Shown here: positions 9,523-19,103 of the stretch, one piece after another
How the letters are laid out: every line of letters starts with the position of its first letter
Position numbering within the stretch: the stretch's first letter is position 1
Source: an uncultured Prevotella sp.
Lineage (GTDB): Bacteria; Bacteroidota; Bacteroidia; Bacteroidales; Bacteroidaceae
NCBI GenBank assembly: GCA_946415755.1
Contig: CAMKTS010000002.1
Location: 63,703 to 127,702 of the forward strand
Direction of reading: 5' to 3'
Length of the DNA stretch: 64,000 nucleotides
Program-made: the position numbers and the translations under genes
The notes under the pieces: model-generated
What the model saw: only the letters and a program-made list of their open reading frames with translations
The model's database searches: none
What the model was told of the DNA's origin: nothing

Positions 9523-9908
9523 TTTTCGCGAAAAAATCTGTCAATCTGTCATTAAACTGCGCAACAAGCAGATTAATAGCATGTTGCGTAATGACAGATA
9601 GTATGATAGAATGACAGATAATCGCTCGCGGTCTTTTTCCTGAATTTATCATAAGGAAACCATCGGTTTCTGATAGAGAAACCACTGGTTTCTTGCGAAG
9701 AAACCGATGATTTCTCAACGGGTACTTCTCGCAATTCAGCAGAAATAATCTGACACTGCTATCATGCTATCTGTCATTCTATCTGTCATTCTATCTGTCA
9801 TTCCACCATACTATCTGTCATTCTATCATACCATCTGTCATATCGTATCGCGTTCATTATCAGCAGGTTACATCTGTGATGACAGGTTGACAGATTTTTC
9901 CGCGAAAA
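9523..9908. repeat. Non-coding element A: ~98-bp imperfect inverted arms, 3x 22-bp-period palindromes, 3x 12-bp tandem repeat (MITE-like)
   Basis: Arms 9523-9620 and 9812-9908 (ttttcgcgaaaaaatctgtcaatctgtcat vs atgacaggttgacagatttttccgcgaaaa); gaaacc-N3-(g/a)tttc-type palindromes at 9656, 9678, 9700; ctatctgtcatt x3 at 9767-9802. Confidence 0.8.
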
Positions 9909-9919
9909 TGTAGTTGCAA

Positions 9920-12172
9920 CTACCGCAGGTAGTCTTCGAAATACCGGGTGATGCGCTCGTGCAGGTGTACGCTGGCGTGGCCTCGCATGTTGTGTCCCTC
10001 GCCAGGGTAGGCATAGAAGTCGGGTTGCGTACCCGCCTTGACACAGGCATCAAGGAACGACAGGCAGTTCTGCGGCACCACGGTAGGATCGTTATAGCCG
10101 GTGATGATCTGCAGCCGCCCCTTCAGGTTCTTGGCCTTGTCGAGGAGGCTGGTCTTCTCATAGCCTTCAGGATTCTGCTGCGGGGTGTCCATATAGCGTT
10201 CGCCATACATCACCTCATAGTATTTCCAGTCGATGACGGGACCACCGGCCACGCCCACCTTGAACACGTCGGGATAGTTGAGCATGAGCGAGATGGTCAT
10301 AAAGCCACCGAACGACCATCCGTGAACGCCTAAACGGTCGGCATCCACGTAGGGAAGGCTCTTCAGATAGGCCACGCCCTGCATCTGGTCCTGCATCTCT
10401 ATCTGTCCTAACTGTCGGAAGGTGGCCTGCTCGAAGTCACGGCCACGATACTCTGAACCCCGGTTGTCGAGAATGAAGGTGATATAGCCCTTCTGCGCCA
10501 TGTAGGTCTCCCAAGGACGGCTGTTCCAGTGCCATGAGGCCTCGACGAGATGGGCGTGGGGACCGCCATAGACGTACACCACGGTGGGATATTTCCTGTT
10601 GGGGTCGAAGTCGGCGGGCTTCACCATGCGGTAGTAGAGGTCGGTAGTGCCGTCGGCCGCCTTGATGCTGCCGCACTCGAAGATGGGCTGCTGATAGTCG
10701 GCCCACGGGTCGGAGGCCGTCAGCAGGCGAGTGGCTTTTCCAGCGGGGAAACCGCTGGAGGCGGGGGCTTTTCCAACGGGGAAACCGCCGGAGGCAGGGG
10801 CTACGCTGATGTTGCGCGGCTGGGTGGGCGATGTGTGGCGGTCGACGAAGAAAGCTCCCGATGCCGACAGGTCGCCGTGATGCACGCCATCATCGACCGT
10901 CAGCTGCGTCATCTTGCCGTTGTCAACATTGACGCTGTATATCTGACGGTGCAGCGGATGGTATGGGTTGCCTTCGAAGATGATGCTCTTCTGCTTGGCA
11001 TTGAAGCCCAGCACCTCCTGTACCACCCACGGCCCGCTGGTGAGCTGGCGGATGAGCTGTCCCACCTTATTATATATATAGAGGTGGTTGTAGCCGTCGC
11101 GCTGGCTTTGGAGGATGAACTTGTCAGCATCCCACGGCAGGAACTGGATGGGGTACTGCGGCTCTACGTATTTGTCGCTGGTCTCGCGGTACAGCTCGGC
11201 GATGCGCTTACCCGTTACGGCATCGTAGCTGACGAGGCGGCAGTCGTTCTGGTCGCGGTTCAGTTCGAACAGGTAAACGGTCTTGGCATCGGGACTCCAG
11301 GCGATGTTGGTGAAGTAGATGGGGATGTTGTCGAAGGGTGAACCTTCGACCGCACGGTTGTAGTCTTTTGACACGGGCGTGTCGAGATAGATGGTCTTGC
11401 CGGAGGTCATATCGTAGACACCTACCGTCACCACATGGGCGTTCATGCCGGCCATGGGGTACTTGTCGGGGTCGTAGGTGGCCTCGCGGGGGAAGATGTC
11501 GACTTGCGGATAGTCGGTCACCATCGACTGGTCCATACGGTAGAAGGCCAGCCGCTGTCCGTCGGGACTCCAGAAGGTGCCTTTGTCGATGCCGAACTCG
11601 TTGCGGTGGACGCTCTTGCCATAGACCACCTCGCGGCTGCCATCGGTGGAGAGCTGGTGCTTCTTCCCCTGTGCGTCGGCGATGAAGAGCTGGTAGTCCT
11701 CGACGTAGGCCGTAGCCCGCGACGTGCTGTTCCAGTCGTTGGCATCCTGTCCGGAGATGCTGTCCTGCCAGACGATTTTCTTGGCCTTGAAGTCAATGAG
11801 TACGAAGGCCTGCTTGTTGCCTACGGCCACGATGGGCTGGTCGGGGTAGGGGAAGGTGGCGTTCATCAGGTGGCGCACGTAGCGGTTCTCCGCTTCGTTG
11901 CTCTCTGCCCAGCGGTTGATGTCGTCGAGCGTAAAGAGACGGGTCTCCTTGCCCGACTTCTTGTCGATGAGGAAGCACTCCTCAACGTCGGTACGTATGA
12001 GCTGGTCGCCCCACCATGTCAACCATTTGTTCTCGGGTTGCAGGTTGCGGTAGTTGTTGCCGCCGAAATTCAGGTCTTCAAGGGTGAAGAGCTTCTTGTC
12101 CTGTGCTGTCATGGGGAGCGGGAGGGTTAGGATAGCGACAAGGAGTGCCGCCAGTAGTCTACTCGTCTTCAT
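9920..12172 (-). CDS. S9B family prolyl di/tripeptidyl peptidase (DPP IV-like)
   Basis: Signal peptide MKTSRLLAALL...; YPMAG; VYGGP; catalytic GWSFGG; DPTV; GEGH. Start set at 12172, overlapping the end of the THUMP gene. Confidence 0.92.
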   Translation of the reverse strand: MKTSRLLAALLVAILTLPLPMTAQDKKLFTLEDLNFGGNNYRNLQPENKWLTWWGDQLIRTDVEECFLIDKKSGKETRLFTLDDINRWAESNEAENRYVRHLMNATFPYPDQPIVAVGNKQAFVLIDFKAKKIVWQDSISGQDANDWNSTSRATAYVEDYQLFIADAQGKKHQLSTDGSREVVYGKSVHRNEFGIDKGTFWSPDGQRLAFYRMDQSMVTDYPQVDIFPREATYDPDKYPMAGMNAHVVTVGVYDMTSGKTIYLDTPVSKDYNRAVEGSPFDNIPIYFTNIAWSPDAKTVYLFELNRDQNDCRLVSYDAVTGKRIAELYRETSDKYVEPQYPIQFLPWDADKFILQSQRDGYNHLYIYNKVGQLIRQLTSGPWVVQEVLGFNAKQKSIIFEGNPYHPLHRQIYSVNVDNGKMTQLTVDDGVHHGDLSASGAFFVDRHTSPTQPRNISVAPASGGFPVGKAPASSGFPAGKATRLLTASDPWADYQQPIFECGSIKAADGTTDLYYRMVKPADFDPNRKYPTVVYVYGGPHAHLVEASWHWNSRPWETYMAQKGYITFILDNRGSEYRGRDFEQATFRQLGQIEMQDQMQGVAYLKSLPYVDADRLGVHGWSFGGFMTISLMLNYPDVFKVGVAGGPVIDWKYYEVMYGERYMDTPQQNPEGYEKTSLLDKAKNLKGRLQIITGYNDPTVVPQNCLSFLDACVKAGTQPDFYAYPGEGHNMRGHASVHLHERITRYFEDYLR
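10733..10798. repeat. Two tandem 33-bp palindromic units inserted in frame in the peptidase
   Basis: ggcttttccagcggggaaaccgctggaggcggg / ggcttttccaacggggaaaccgccggaggcagg; encodes APASGGFPVGK-APASSGFPAGK. Confidence 0.8.
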
Positions 12173-13676
12173 CGCGGAACCTCCTGTTGTTTTTCTTGCC
12201 GAAATCGCGGTTGCCCTTGAAGGGTTTTCCGGAATCTCTTGGGCCTCTGAATCCTCTGGCTCCTCTGGGAGTTCTAGTGTCTCTAGGACTTCTAGTATCT
12301 CTGGGAATTCTGCGGTCTTCGCGGTCTTCGCGGCGTTCGCGTACCTTGACGGGTTCTTTGCGGTCGAGGGAGTGGAACTTGAAGTTGCGGATGTCGGCAC
12401 CTTCGTTCTCCTCCTGTTCGTCCAGGCGCTTCTTGAATTCGCGGTTCTGCTTGAAGCGGCGCTTCTCGGCCATCTGGCGCTTCTCCTCCTCCGTCTTGAC
12501 AGCGCCGCCTTCCTCGCGGAACACCTTCATCTTGCCGTCGAACATCTGGTATTTGCGGAACTCGCATTCCAGGCTGCCGTTGTATACGGGAATCTTGATG
12601 CTGGGCTTCAGCCCTATCTGGTCGAAGCACTCTTCACGGTAGGACAGTATCCAGGCGTCGTTGCCCGTAAACTGGTGCTTCAGGCGTTCGCCAATCATCT
12701 TGTAGGTACCTAGGAGGTCGGGCGTGGAGATGCGCTCGCCGTAGGGCGGATTGGTCACCATGATGCTCTTCTGCTGAGGCTGGGTGAAGTTCTTGAAGTC
12801 CTGCTCTGCCACGGTGATGTCGCTGGTCAGGCCGGCGGCCTTCACATTGAGGCGTGCCGTGTTGACGGCCTTGATGTTGATGTCATAGCCGTAGATGTGG
12901 TGGTGGAACTCACGTTCCATCGAGTCGTCGTTGTAGATGGAGTCGAACAGCTCGCGGTCGAAGTCGGGCCACTTCTCGAAGGCATACTCCTTGCGGAACA
13001 GCCCGGGAGCCATGTTGTGGGCAATAAGGGCTGCCTCGACGAGCAGGGTGCCCGAGCCGCACATGGGGTCGATAAAGTCGCACTCTCCCTGCCATCCCGT
13101 CATCAGGATCATACCGGCGGCCAGCACCTCGTTGAGCGGTGCCTCTACCGACTCCTGCCGGTAGCCCCTGCGGTGCAGCGACTCGCCGCTGGAGTCGAGG
13201 CAGAGCGTACACTCGCTTTTGCCCGGAGCCACGTCGGCGATGTGGATGTGCAGCCGCAGGTCGGGGTTGGCGATGCTGATATTCGGCCGTTGCCCCGTCT
13301 TCTCACGGAACTGGTCGACGATGGCGTCCTTCACCTTGTAGGCCACGAACTTGGAGTGGCGGAATTCCTCGGAGAATACCACCGAGTCGACGGCAAACGT
13401 CCTGTCGAGGGTGAGGTACTCCGTCCAGTCTATCTCCTTGACACCCTCGTAGACATCGTCTGCCGACAAGGCTTGGAAGCGCTTGATGGGTTTCAGGATG
13501 CGGATGGCGGTGTGTAGCTGGAAATTGGCGCGGTACATCATTTCCAAATCACCGGTGAAGGAGACCATGCGGCGTCCTTCCTGTACGTTGCTTGCGCCCA
13601 ATTGCGTCAATTCCTTCGCCAGGACGGGTTCCAGTCCCATGAAGGTCTTGGCGATTAGTTCGAACTGTTGTGTCAT
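12159..13676 (-). CDS. rlmL: THUMP-domain class I SAM-dependent 23S rRNA methyltransferase (RlmL-like)
   Basis: SLHRRGYR, APLNEVLAAG, DPMCGSGT, TNPPYGER; start MTQQFELIAKT downstream of the -7 box at 13700-13707. Confidence 0.85.
   Translation of the reverse strand: MTQQFELIAKTFMGLEPVLAKELTQLGASNVQEGRRMVSFTGDLEMMYRANFQLHTAIRILKPIKRFQALSADDVYEGVKEIDWTEYLTLDRTFAVDSVVFSEEFRHSKFVAYKVKDAIVDQFREKTGQRPNISIANPDLRLHIHIADVAPGKSECTLCLDSSGESLHRRGYRQESVEAPLNEVLAAGMILMTGWQGECDFIDPMCGSGTLLVEAALIAHNMAPGLFRKEYAFEKWPDFDRELFDSIYNDDSMEREFHHHIYGYDINIKAVNTARLNVKAAGLTSDITVAEQDFKNFTQPQQKSIMVTNPPYGERISTPDLLGTYKMIGERLKHQFTGNDAWILSYREECFDQIGLKPSIKIPVYNGSLECEFRKYQMFDGKMKVFREEGGAVKTEEEKRQMAEKRRFKQNREFKKRLDEQEENEGADIRNFKFHSLDRKEPVKVRERREDREDRRIPRDTRSPRDTRTPRGARGFRGPRDSGKPFKGNRDFGKKNNRRFRDEDE
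12228..12341. repeat. 9-bp-period degenerate tandem repeat forming the Arg-rich tail of the THUMP methylase
   Basis: tccggaatc tcttgggcc tctgaatcc tctggctcc tctgggagt tctagtgtc tctaggact tctagtatc tctgggaat...; protein reads RIPRDTRSPRDTRTPRGARGFRGPRDSG. Confidence 0.75.
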
Positions 13677-13807
13677 TACGATATTTAATAAATATGGTGC
13701 AAAGATACAAATAAAATATAATTTTTGCCTCATTATTGATAATTATTTTGTAATTTTGCCCGTGAATCTGTGTATTCAGCATATCTTTAACAGCTTTTGT
13801 CACGTTT

Positions 13808-15055
13808 ATGTTGCTGCTTTTTACCCTTAGCTCGCTGTTGCGACTGGACATCCTGATATGGGTGGCGGGTGTTCCGCTGCTCCTCATCGGTTTGCTGCTG
13901 CTGGTCATCCAGCAACGGCAGGCACGGCAGTTGGCTGTCGACCTGGAACAGATGAAGAAGATGAAGCGTCACAGCATCGAGTACGACCTGGTGCTGAAGG
14001 CGATGAAGCTCTGCGTGTGGCATCTCGACGTACAGAGCCATCTGGTGACCTTTGAGACCGACTACCGCGACAAGCCCAACAGTCTGTGTCCCCAGCCCGA
14101 TACCAAGTTGGAGGATGTCTGTGCCCTGATGTCGCCCGATGATGCCGGGAAAATTGCCAAGGGTATGGAAGACCTCATGGCCGGTCGTCTGGACGAGCAA
14201 CACCTGCAGTACCGGATAAAGCCTCCCGGCAGCAGTGCCGCCTACTGGTCTGAAGGCTATGCTACGATTGACAAGCGCGGCATGGACGGCAAACCGCTGA
14301 CCATTGTGGGCACCTCGATGCGCATTGACGACCAGAAGGAGATAGAACGGGAACTGATAGAGGCGCGCAACAAGGCCGAGGAGAGCGACCGTCTGAAGTC
14401 TGCCTTCCTGACCAACATGTCGCATGAGATCCGCACGCCGCTCAATGCCATTGTGGGGTTCAGCGAGGTGCTGCTGGAGGTACAGGACGAAGCGGAACGG
14501 GCAAACCTGGTGCGGCTGATACAGGAGAACAACGACCACTTGCTGCGCCTCTTCGACGATATGGCCAACATGTCGAGGCTAGAGGCCGGTAGCGGGGCTG
14601 TCAGGAAGACACGCTTCCCGCTGTCGGTCCTGTTCCGCGAGCTGGCCGACAAGTATGCCGTGGCAGCCCGTAAGAAAGGACTTGCCATTGTGGTGGAAGA
14701 CGAGGGGAATGCCCCTGACCTCTATACCGACCGTGAACGGTTGGCTGAGATACTGAACCAGCTGATGAGCAATGCCGTGAAGTTCACGGAGCAGGGCAGC
14801 ATCACGCTGGGCGGTGAGGCGACGGACGACGAGATGCTGCGGATATGGGTGCGCGACACGGGCAAGGGCATTCCTGAAGACCAGTGCAACGACCATCTCT
14901 TCGAGCGTTTCGTCAAGGTAGACGAGTTTGTGGCAGGCACCGGACTGGGACTCGCCATCAGCCGCAGCCTGGCCCAGAGCCTTGGCGGCAGGGTGGGGGT
15001 GACATCGGTACCGGGTGAAGGCTCCTGCTTCTGGGTGGAGCTGCCCGTCGGCTGA
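13808..15055 (+). CDS. PAS-domain sensor histidine kinase
   Basis: N-terminal TM; PAS-like region; H-box MSHEIRTPLN; NAVKFT; DTGKGI; GTGLGL. Confidence 0.9.
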   Translation: MLLLFTLSSLLRLDILIWVAGVPLLLIGLLLLVIQQRQARQLAVDLEQMKKMKRHSIEYDLVLKAMKLCVWHLDVQSHLVTFETDYRDKPNSLCPQPDTKLEDVCALMSPDDAGKIAKGMEDLMAGRLDEQHLQYRIKPPGSSAAYWSEGYATIDKRGMDGKPLTIVGTSMRIDDQKEIERELIEARNKAEESDRLKSAFLTNMSHEIRTPLNAIVGFSEVLLEVQDEAERANLVRLIQENNDHLLRLFDDMANMSRLEAGSGAVRKTRFPLSVLFRELADKYAVAARKKGLAIVVEDEGNAPDLYTDRERLAEILNQLMSNAVKFTEQGSITLGGEATDDEMLRIWVRDTGKGIPEDQCNDHLFERFVKVDEFVAGTGLGLAISRSLAQSLGGRVGVTSVPGEGSCFWVELPVG

Positions 15056-15088
15056 ACAGGGCGCGACACTAATGTATCGTACGATGAC

Positions 15089-15913
15089 ATGCACAGAGCG
15101 AAGATAGCATTTATCGGCAGGGCAGCCCGCTATTCCCCCAACAGCGTTGGCAAGGACACTGCCATTCTCGCTGCTGTGCGCCGACAGCTCCTGGGGCGCG
15201 GCTATGACTGTGCCGACATCGTGTGGGAAGACCGTCCTGCCGACATCGACGAGGCCGATGCCTACGTGTCGATGGGACGTCTGCAGGATACCCTGAACTG
15301 GCTGGGCGACTACGAACGGCAATGGGTGCCGGTGGTCAACGCCACGGCCGGCATTATGATTTGCAAGCAGCGTTGTCTGCTGATGAAGCTGCTGGAGGGC
15401 GACTTCCCCGTACCTCCCCTTGTCGGTGGCGACAGCTACTGGGTGAAGCGTGGCGACACCTTCACCGAGACGGCTGCCGATGTGCAGTATGCTGCCGACC
15501 GTGCCACGGCCGACCGGTTGTGCGAGGAGATGCTACAGCGAGGGGTGCTGATGGTTGACGTGCGCGCCCATATCACGGGCGACCTGGTGAAGTTCTACGG
15601 AGTACGGGGCACGGGATTCTTCCGCTGCTACTATCCTGGCGACGATGGTGACTGGAAGTTGGGCCATGAGGTACACAACGGCAAGCCCCACCATTATGCC
15701 TTCGACCGGCAGGCCCTGCAGCAGCTGACAGAACGGGTGGCAAGCCTGGTCTGTCTGGATGTCTATGGCGGCGACTGCATCATACGTCCTGACGGACAGC
15801 CTGTGCTGATTGACCTCAACGACTGGCCCAGTTTCTCACGCTGTCGCGACGAGGCCGCCCAGGCCATCGCCGAACGGGTGATACAAAGAATAGAAAAAAC
15901 GGATGAGTGGTAA
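15089..15913 (+). CDS. ATP-grasp-like protein
   Basis: WVKRGD, HITGDLVKFYGV, VYGGDCII...LIDLNDWPSF resemble the ATP-grasp C-terminal signature. Confidence 0.6.
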   Translation: MHRAKIAFIGRAARYSPNSVGKDTAILAAVRRQLLGRGYDCADIVWEDRPADIDEADAYVSMGRLQDTLNWLGDYERQWVPVVNATAGIMICKQRCLLMKLLEGDFPVPPLVGGDSYWVKRGDTFTETAADVQYAADRATADRLCEEMLQRGVLMVDVRAHITGDLVKFYGVRGTGFFRCYYPGDDGDWKLGHEVHNGKPHHYAFDRQALQQLTERVASLVCLDVYGGDCIIRPDGQPVLIDLNDWPSFSRCRDEAAQAIAERVIQRIEKTDEW

Positions 15914-16586
15914 TACAAATAGAACGCGCGCGTACCTTTTCGACTATGGCGGTACGCTGGATACGGGCGGACAGCACTGGGGCAAGACCATCTGGCATGC
16001 CTACCGGCAACTGGACATCCCCGTAGACGAGGCCGCCTACCGTGATGCCTACGTGGCTACGGAGCGTGCCTTGGGCAGTGAGCCGCTCATCGGCAGCAAC
16101 GACACCTTCCGCCAGACGCTTGACGTGAAGCTGCGCATGCAACTGCAGCAGCTGGGGCCGATCGGCTACCATGCCCGTCTGCTGGAACTGCTCTATGAAA
16201 GCACCCGCCGGCATACCGCCCATAGCCGCAGCATCCTCATGACGTTGAAGGAGCATGCCACGCTGGGACTGGTCAGCAACTTCTACGGCAACCTGCCGGT
16301 GGTGCTGCGCGAGTTCGGACTGAGCGACTGCTTCAGCTGTGTGGTGGAGTCGGCGGCGGTGGGGGTGAGAAAGCCCGACACCCGTATCTTCACCATCGCC
16401 GTGAAACAGCTGGGAATGTCCCCCGGCGAGGTAACCGTGGTGGGCGACAGCTATGCCAACGACATCGTACCAGCCCATGCCGCTGGCTGCCATACGGTAT
16501 GGCTGCGCGGAGAACCGTGGTCGGCTGTGCCGGCATCAACACCGGCCGCCGACAGTGTTATTCAAGAATTAAAGGAATTGTTGTGA
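15903..16586 (+). CDS. HAD-family hydrolase
   Basis: FDYGGTLD, VSN, RKPD, VGDSYANDI. Confidence 0.88.
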   Translation: MSGNTNRTRAYLFDYGGTLDTGGQHWGKTIWHAYRQLDIPVDEAAYRDAYVATERALGSEPLIGSNDTFRQTLDVKLRMQLQQLGPIGYHARLLELLYESTRRHTAHSRSILMTLKEHATLGLVSNFYGNLPVVLREFGLSDCFSCVVESAAVGVRKPDTRIFTIAVKQLGMSPGEVTVVGDSYANDIVPAHAAGCHTVWLRGEPWSAVPASTPAADSVIQELKELL

Positions 16587-19099
16587 GGAAGAAACTAAGC
16601 ATCATACTCCTGCTACTGACAGGAATGCTCTGCCTGCCCTTGCAGGCCCAGCAGATGATTACCGGCCATATTGTCGACGCAGCGACGGGCGACAGCATCG
16701 GCTTTGCCAGTGTGCAGTACAAAGGTCGCCAGATGGCTGCCGTCTCCGATAAGCGTGGCCGCTTTGTCATCCGTCAGATAGTCGGTGGCAAGCTGACGTT
16801 CAGTGCCGTAGGCTACAAGCCCCGCACGGTGAGCGTCACGTCGACCACCAACTGGCTGCTCATCAGCCTGAAGCCTGATACCAAGACGCTCAAGGAGGTG
16901 ACGGTGCGTGCCAAGCGGCGACGCTATAGCCGTAAGAACAACCCCGCCGTGGAGCTGATGAAGAAGGTGATAGAGCACAAGAAGAAAACCGACCTCTCGA
17001 ACCGTGACTACTACCAGTACACGAAGTACCAGAAACTGACGCTGGCCGTCAACGACATCACGCCGGAGATGATGGCCAATCCGAGGTATAACAAGTTCCA
17101 GTGGCTGGTAGACCAGGTGGAGAAATGTGAGTGGACGGGCAAGATGATACTGCCCGCCAGCGTCGACGAGACCGTCACGCAGCATGTCTACCGCAAGTCG
17201 CCACACGCCGAGAAGGATATCATCAGGGGACAGAAGTCGACGGGTGTCAACGACTTCTTCCAGACGGGCGACATCCTGAATACGGTGTCGAAGGACATCT
17301 TTACCGACGTGAATATCTACGACGACCAGGTGCGCCTGCTGCAGCATCCCTTTACCTCACCCATCGGCAGCGGTGCCATCTCCTTCTACCGCTACTATAT
17401 CGAGGACACACTGAAGATAGACCGTGACTCGTGCATCCATGTACACTTCCTGCCCAACAATCAGCAGGACTTCGGATTCCGTGGCGACCTGTACATCCTC
17501 AAGGACTCGACATACCAGGTGAAGCGCTGCGAGCTGATACTGCCCAACCAGACCGATGTCAACTTCGTGGAGAGTCTGCGCGTGGTGCAGGAATTCACCA
17601 AGTTGCCGACTGGCGAGTGGGTGCTGTCGGTGGATGACATGATTGTCGAGATGGTTGTCTTTGAGTTCCTGCACAAGGGTGTGGCACTCCGTACCACCCG
17701 CCTGTCGGACTATTCGTTCGAGGAGATTCCCAAGAAGCTGTTCAGAGGCAGGGAGAAGACAACCATCGACCCCGATGCGCGCCTGATGGACGACCAGTTC
17801 TGGGAGGAGCACCGCAAGGCAGAGCTGACGCGCGGCGAACGCTCGATGGACCAGTTCCTGAAGGGAATGCAAAGCACTCGTGGCTTCAAGATTATCCTGT
17901 CAGGCCTGAAGATGCTCATCGAGAACTTCATTGAAACCGGCAAGAAGAGCAAGATTGACATCGGACCCGTTCTCTCCACCTTCAGCTCCAACTTCATCGA
18001 CGGCTTCCGCCTCCGCCTGGGGGCGCAGACCACCGCCAACCTCTCGCCCCACCTCTTCTTCAAGGGGTATGTGGCCCGTGGCTTCAAGAGCCATAACAAC
18101 TACTACAGCGGTCAGGTGACATGGGCACTGAACCGAAAGAAATACCTGCCCGACGAGTATCCCAAGCGCAACATCTCGTTCCTTTCCGCCTATGACGTGA
18201 CGGCACCGTCGGACAAGTATGTCTCTACCGATAAGGACAATATGTTCACGTCGCTGCGCTGGACGACCGTCGACGCTATGATCTTCTACAACCGCCAGCA
18301 GCTGACCTTCGAGCGCGAGGAGCTGTGGGGACTGCGCACCCTGGTGAGTGCCAAGACTGAGAAGAGCAAGGCCGGTGGCGTGCTGGCCTTCAGGGACTTC
18401 CGTACCACGGAGCTGCATGCCGAGGTGGAGTATTCGCCGGGTGCCCTCTACGTCAACAACAAGATGAACCGTATGAAGGTCAACCGCGACGCACCCGTCT
18501 TCAAGCTCAGCCACACGATGGGCTTCAAGGGGCTGCTGGGTGCCGACTACCATTTCAACTATACCGAAGCCAGCATCTTCAAGCGTTTCTGGCTGAGCAG
18601 CTGGGGCCGTCTTGACTTCTTTACCAGGGCCGGCATACAGTGGAACCAGGTGCTGTATCCCCTGCTGTGCATGCCTGCCGCCAACACCTCATATATCAGC
18701 AGCAAGCAGACTTTCAACCTGCTGAAGAATATGGAGTTCCTCAACGACCGCTTTGTGAGCGTCGACATCAACTGGGACATGCAGGGAAAGATACTCAACC
18801 GCATCCCGCTCATCAAGAAGCTGCGCTGCCGGGAGATCATCGGTGTGAAGATGCTATGGGGCGGCCTGTCCGACAAGAATAATCCCTTCCTGGAGAAAAA
18901 TGCCGGCAGCACGGTGCTGATGCCCTTCCCCGAATGGACGCACGTGATGAACCCGAAGGTGCCCTACTGGGAAATCTCCGTCGGACTGCGCAGCATCTTC
19001 CGCTTCTTCCAGGTGGAGTATGTGCGGCGCATGAACTACAACGACTTCTCGCACGGCCATAAGAACAGCGTGCGCTTTGGTTTTACCATGATGTTCTGA
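16583..19099 (+). CDS. DUF5686-type outer-membrane protein with carboxypeptidase-like regulatory domain
   Basis: GTG start overlapping the HAD stop; signal peptide; ITGHIVDAATGDSIGFASV...FSAVGY; RYSRKNNPAVELM; terminal Phe. Confidence 0.8.
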   Translation: MRKKLSIILLLLTGMLCLPLQAQQMITGHIVDAATGDSIGFASVQYKGRQMAAVSDKRGRFVIRQIVGGKLTFSAVGYKPRTVSVTSTTNWLLISLKPDTKTLKEVTVRAKRRRYSRKNNPAVELMKKVIEHKKKTDLSNRDYYQYTKYQKLTLAVNDITPEMMANPRYNKFQWLVDQVEKCEWTGKMILPASVDETVTQHVYRKSPHAEKDIIRGQKSTGVNDFFQTGDILNTVSKDIFTDVNIYDDQVRLLQHPFTSPIGSGAISFYRYYIEDTLKIDRDSCIHVHFLPNNQQDFGFRGDLYILKDSTYQVKRCELILPNQTDVNFVESLRVVQEFTKLPTGEWVLSVDDMIVEMVVFEFLHKGVALRTTRLSDYSFEEIPKKLFRGREKTTIDPDARLMDDQFWEEHRKAELTRGERSMDQFLKGMQSTRGFKIILSGLKMLIENFIETGKKSKIDIGPVLSTFSSNFIDGFRLRLGAQTTANLSPHLFFKGYVARGFKSHNNYYSGQVTWALNRKKYLPDEYPKRNISFLSAYDVTAPSDKYVSTDKDNMFTSLRWTTVDAMIFYNRQQLTFEREELWGLRTLVSAKTEKSKAGGVLAFRDFRTTELHAEVEYSPGALYVNNKMNRMKVNRDAPVFKLSHTMGFKGLLGADYHFNYTEASIFKRFWLSSWGRLDFFTRAGIQWNQVLYPLLCMPAANTSYISSKQTFNLLKNMEFLNDRFVSVDINWDMQGKILNRIPLIKKLRCREIIGVKMLWGGLSDKNNPFLEKNAGSTVLMPFPEWTHVMNPKVPYWEISVGLRSIFRFFQVEYVRRMNYNDFSHGHKNSVRFGFTMMF

Positions 19100-19103
19100 A
19101 CAA

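Noticed and set aside
9656-9714. 22-bp-period palindromes as a mini CRISPR
   Set aside because: Spacers are only 7 nt, three units, no cas genes.
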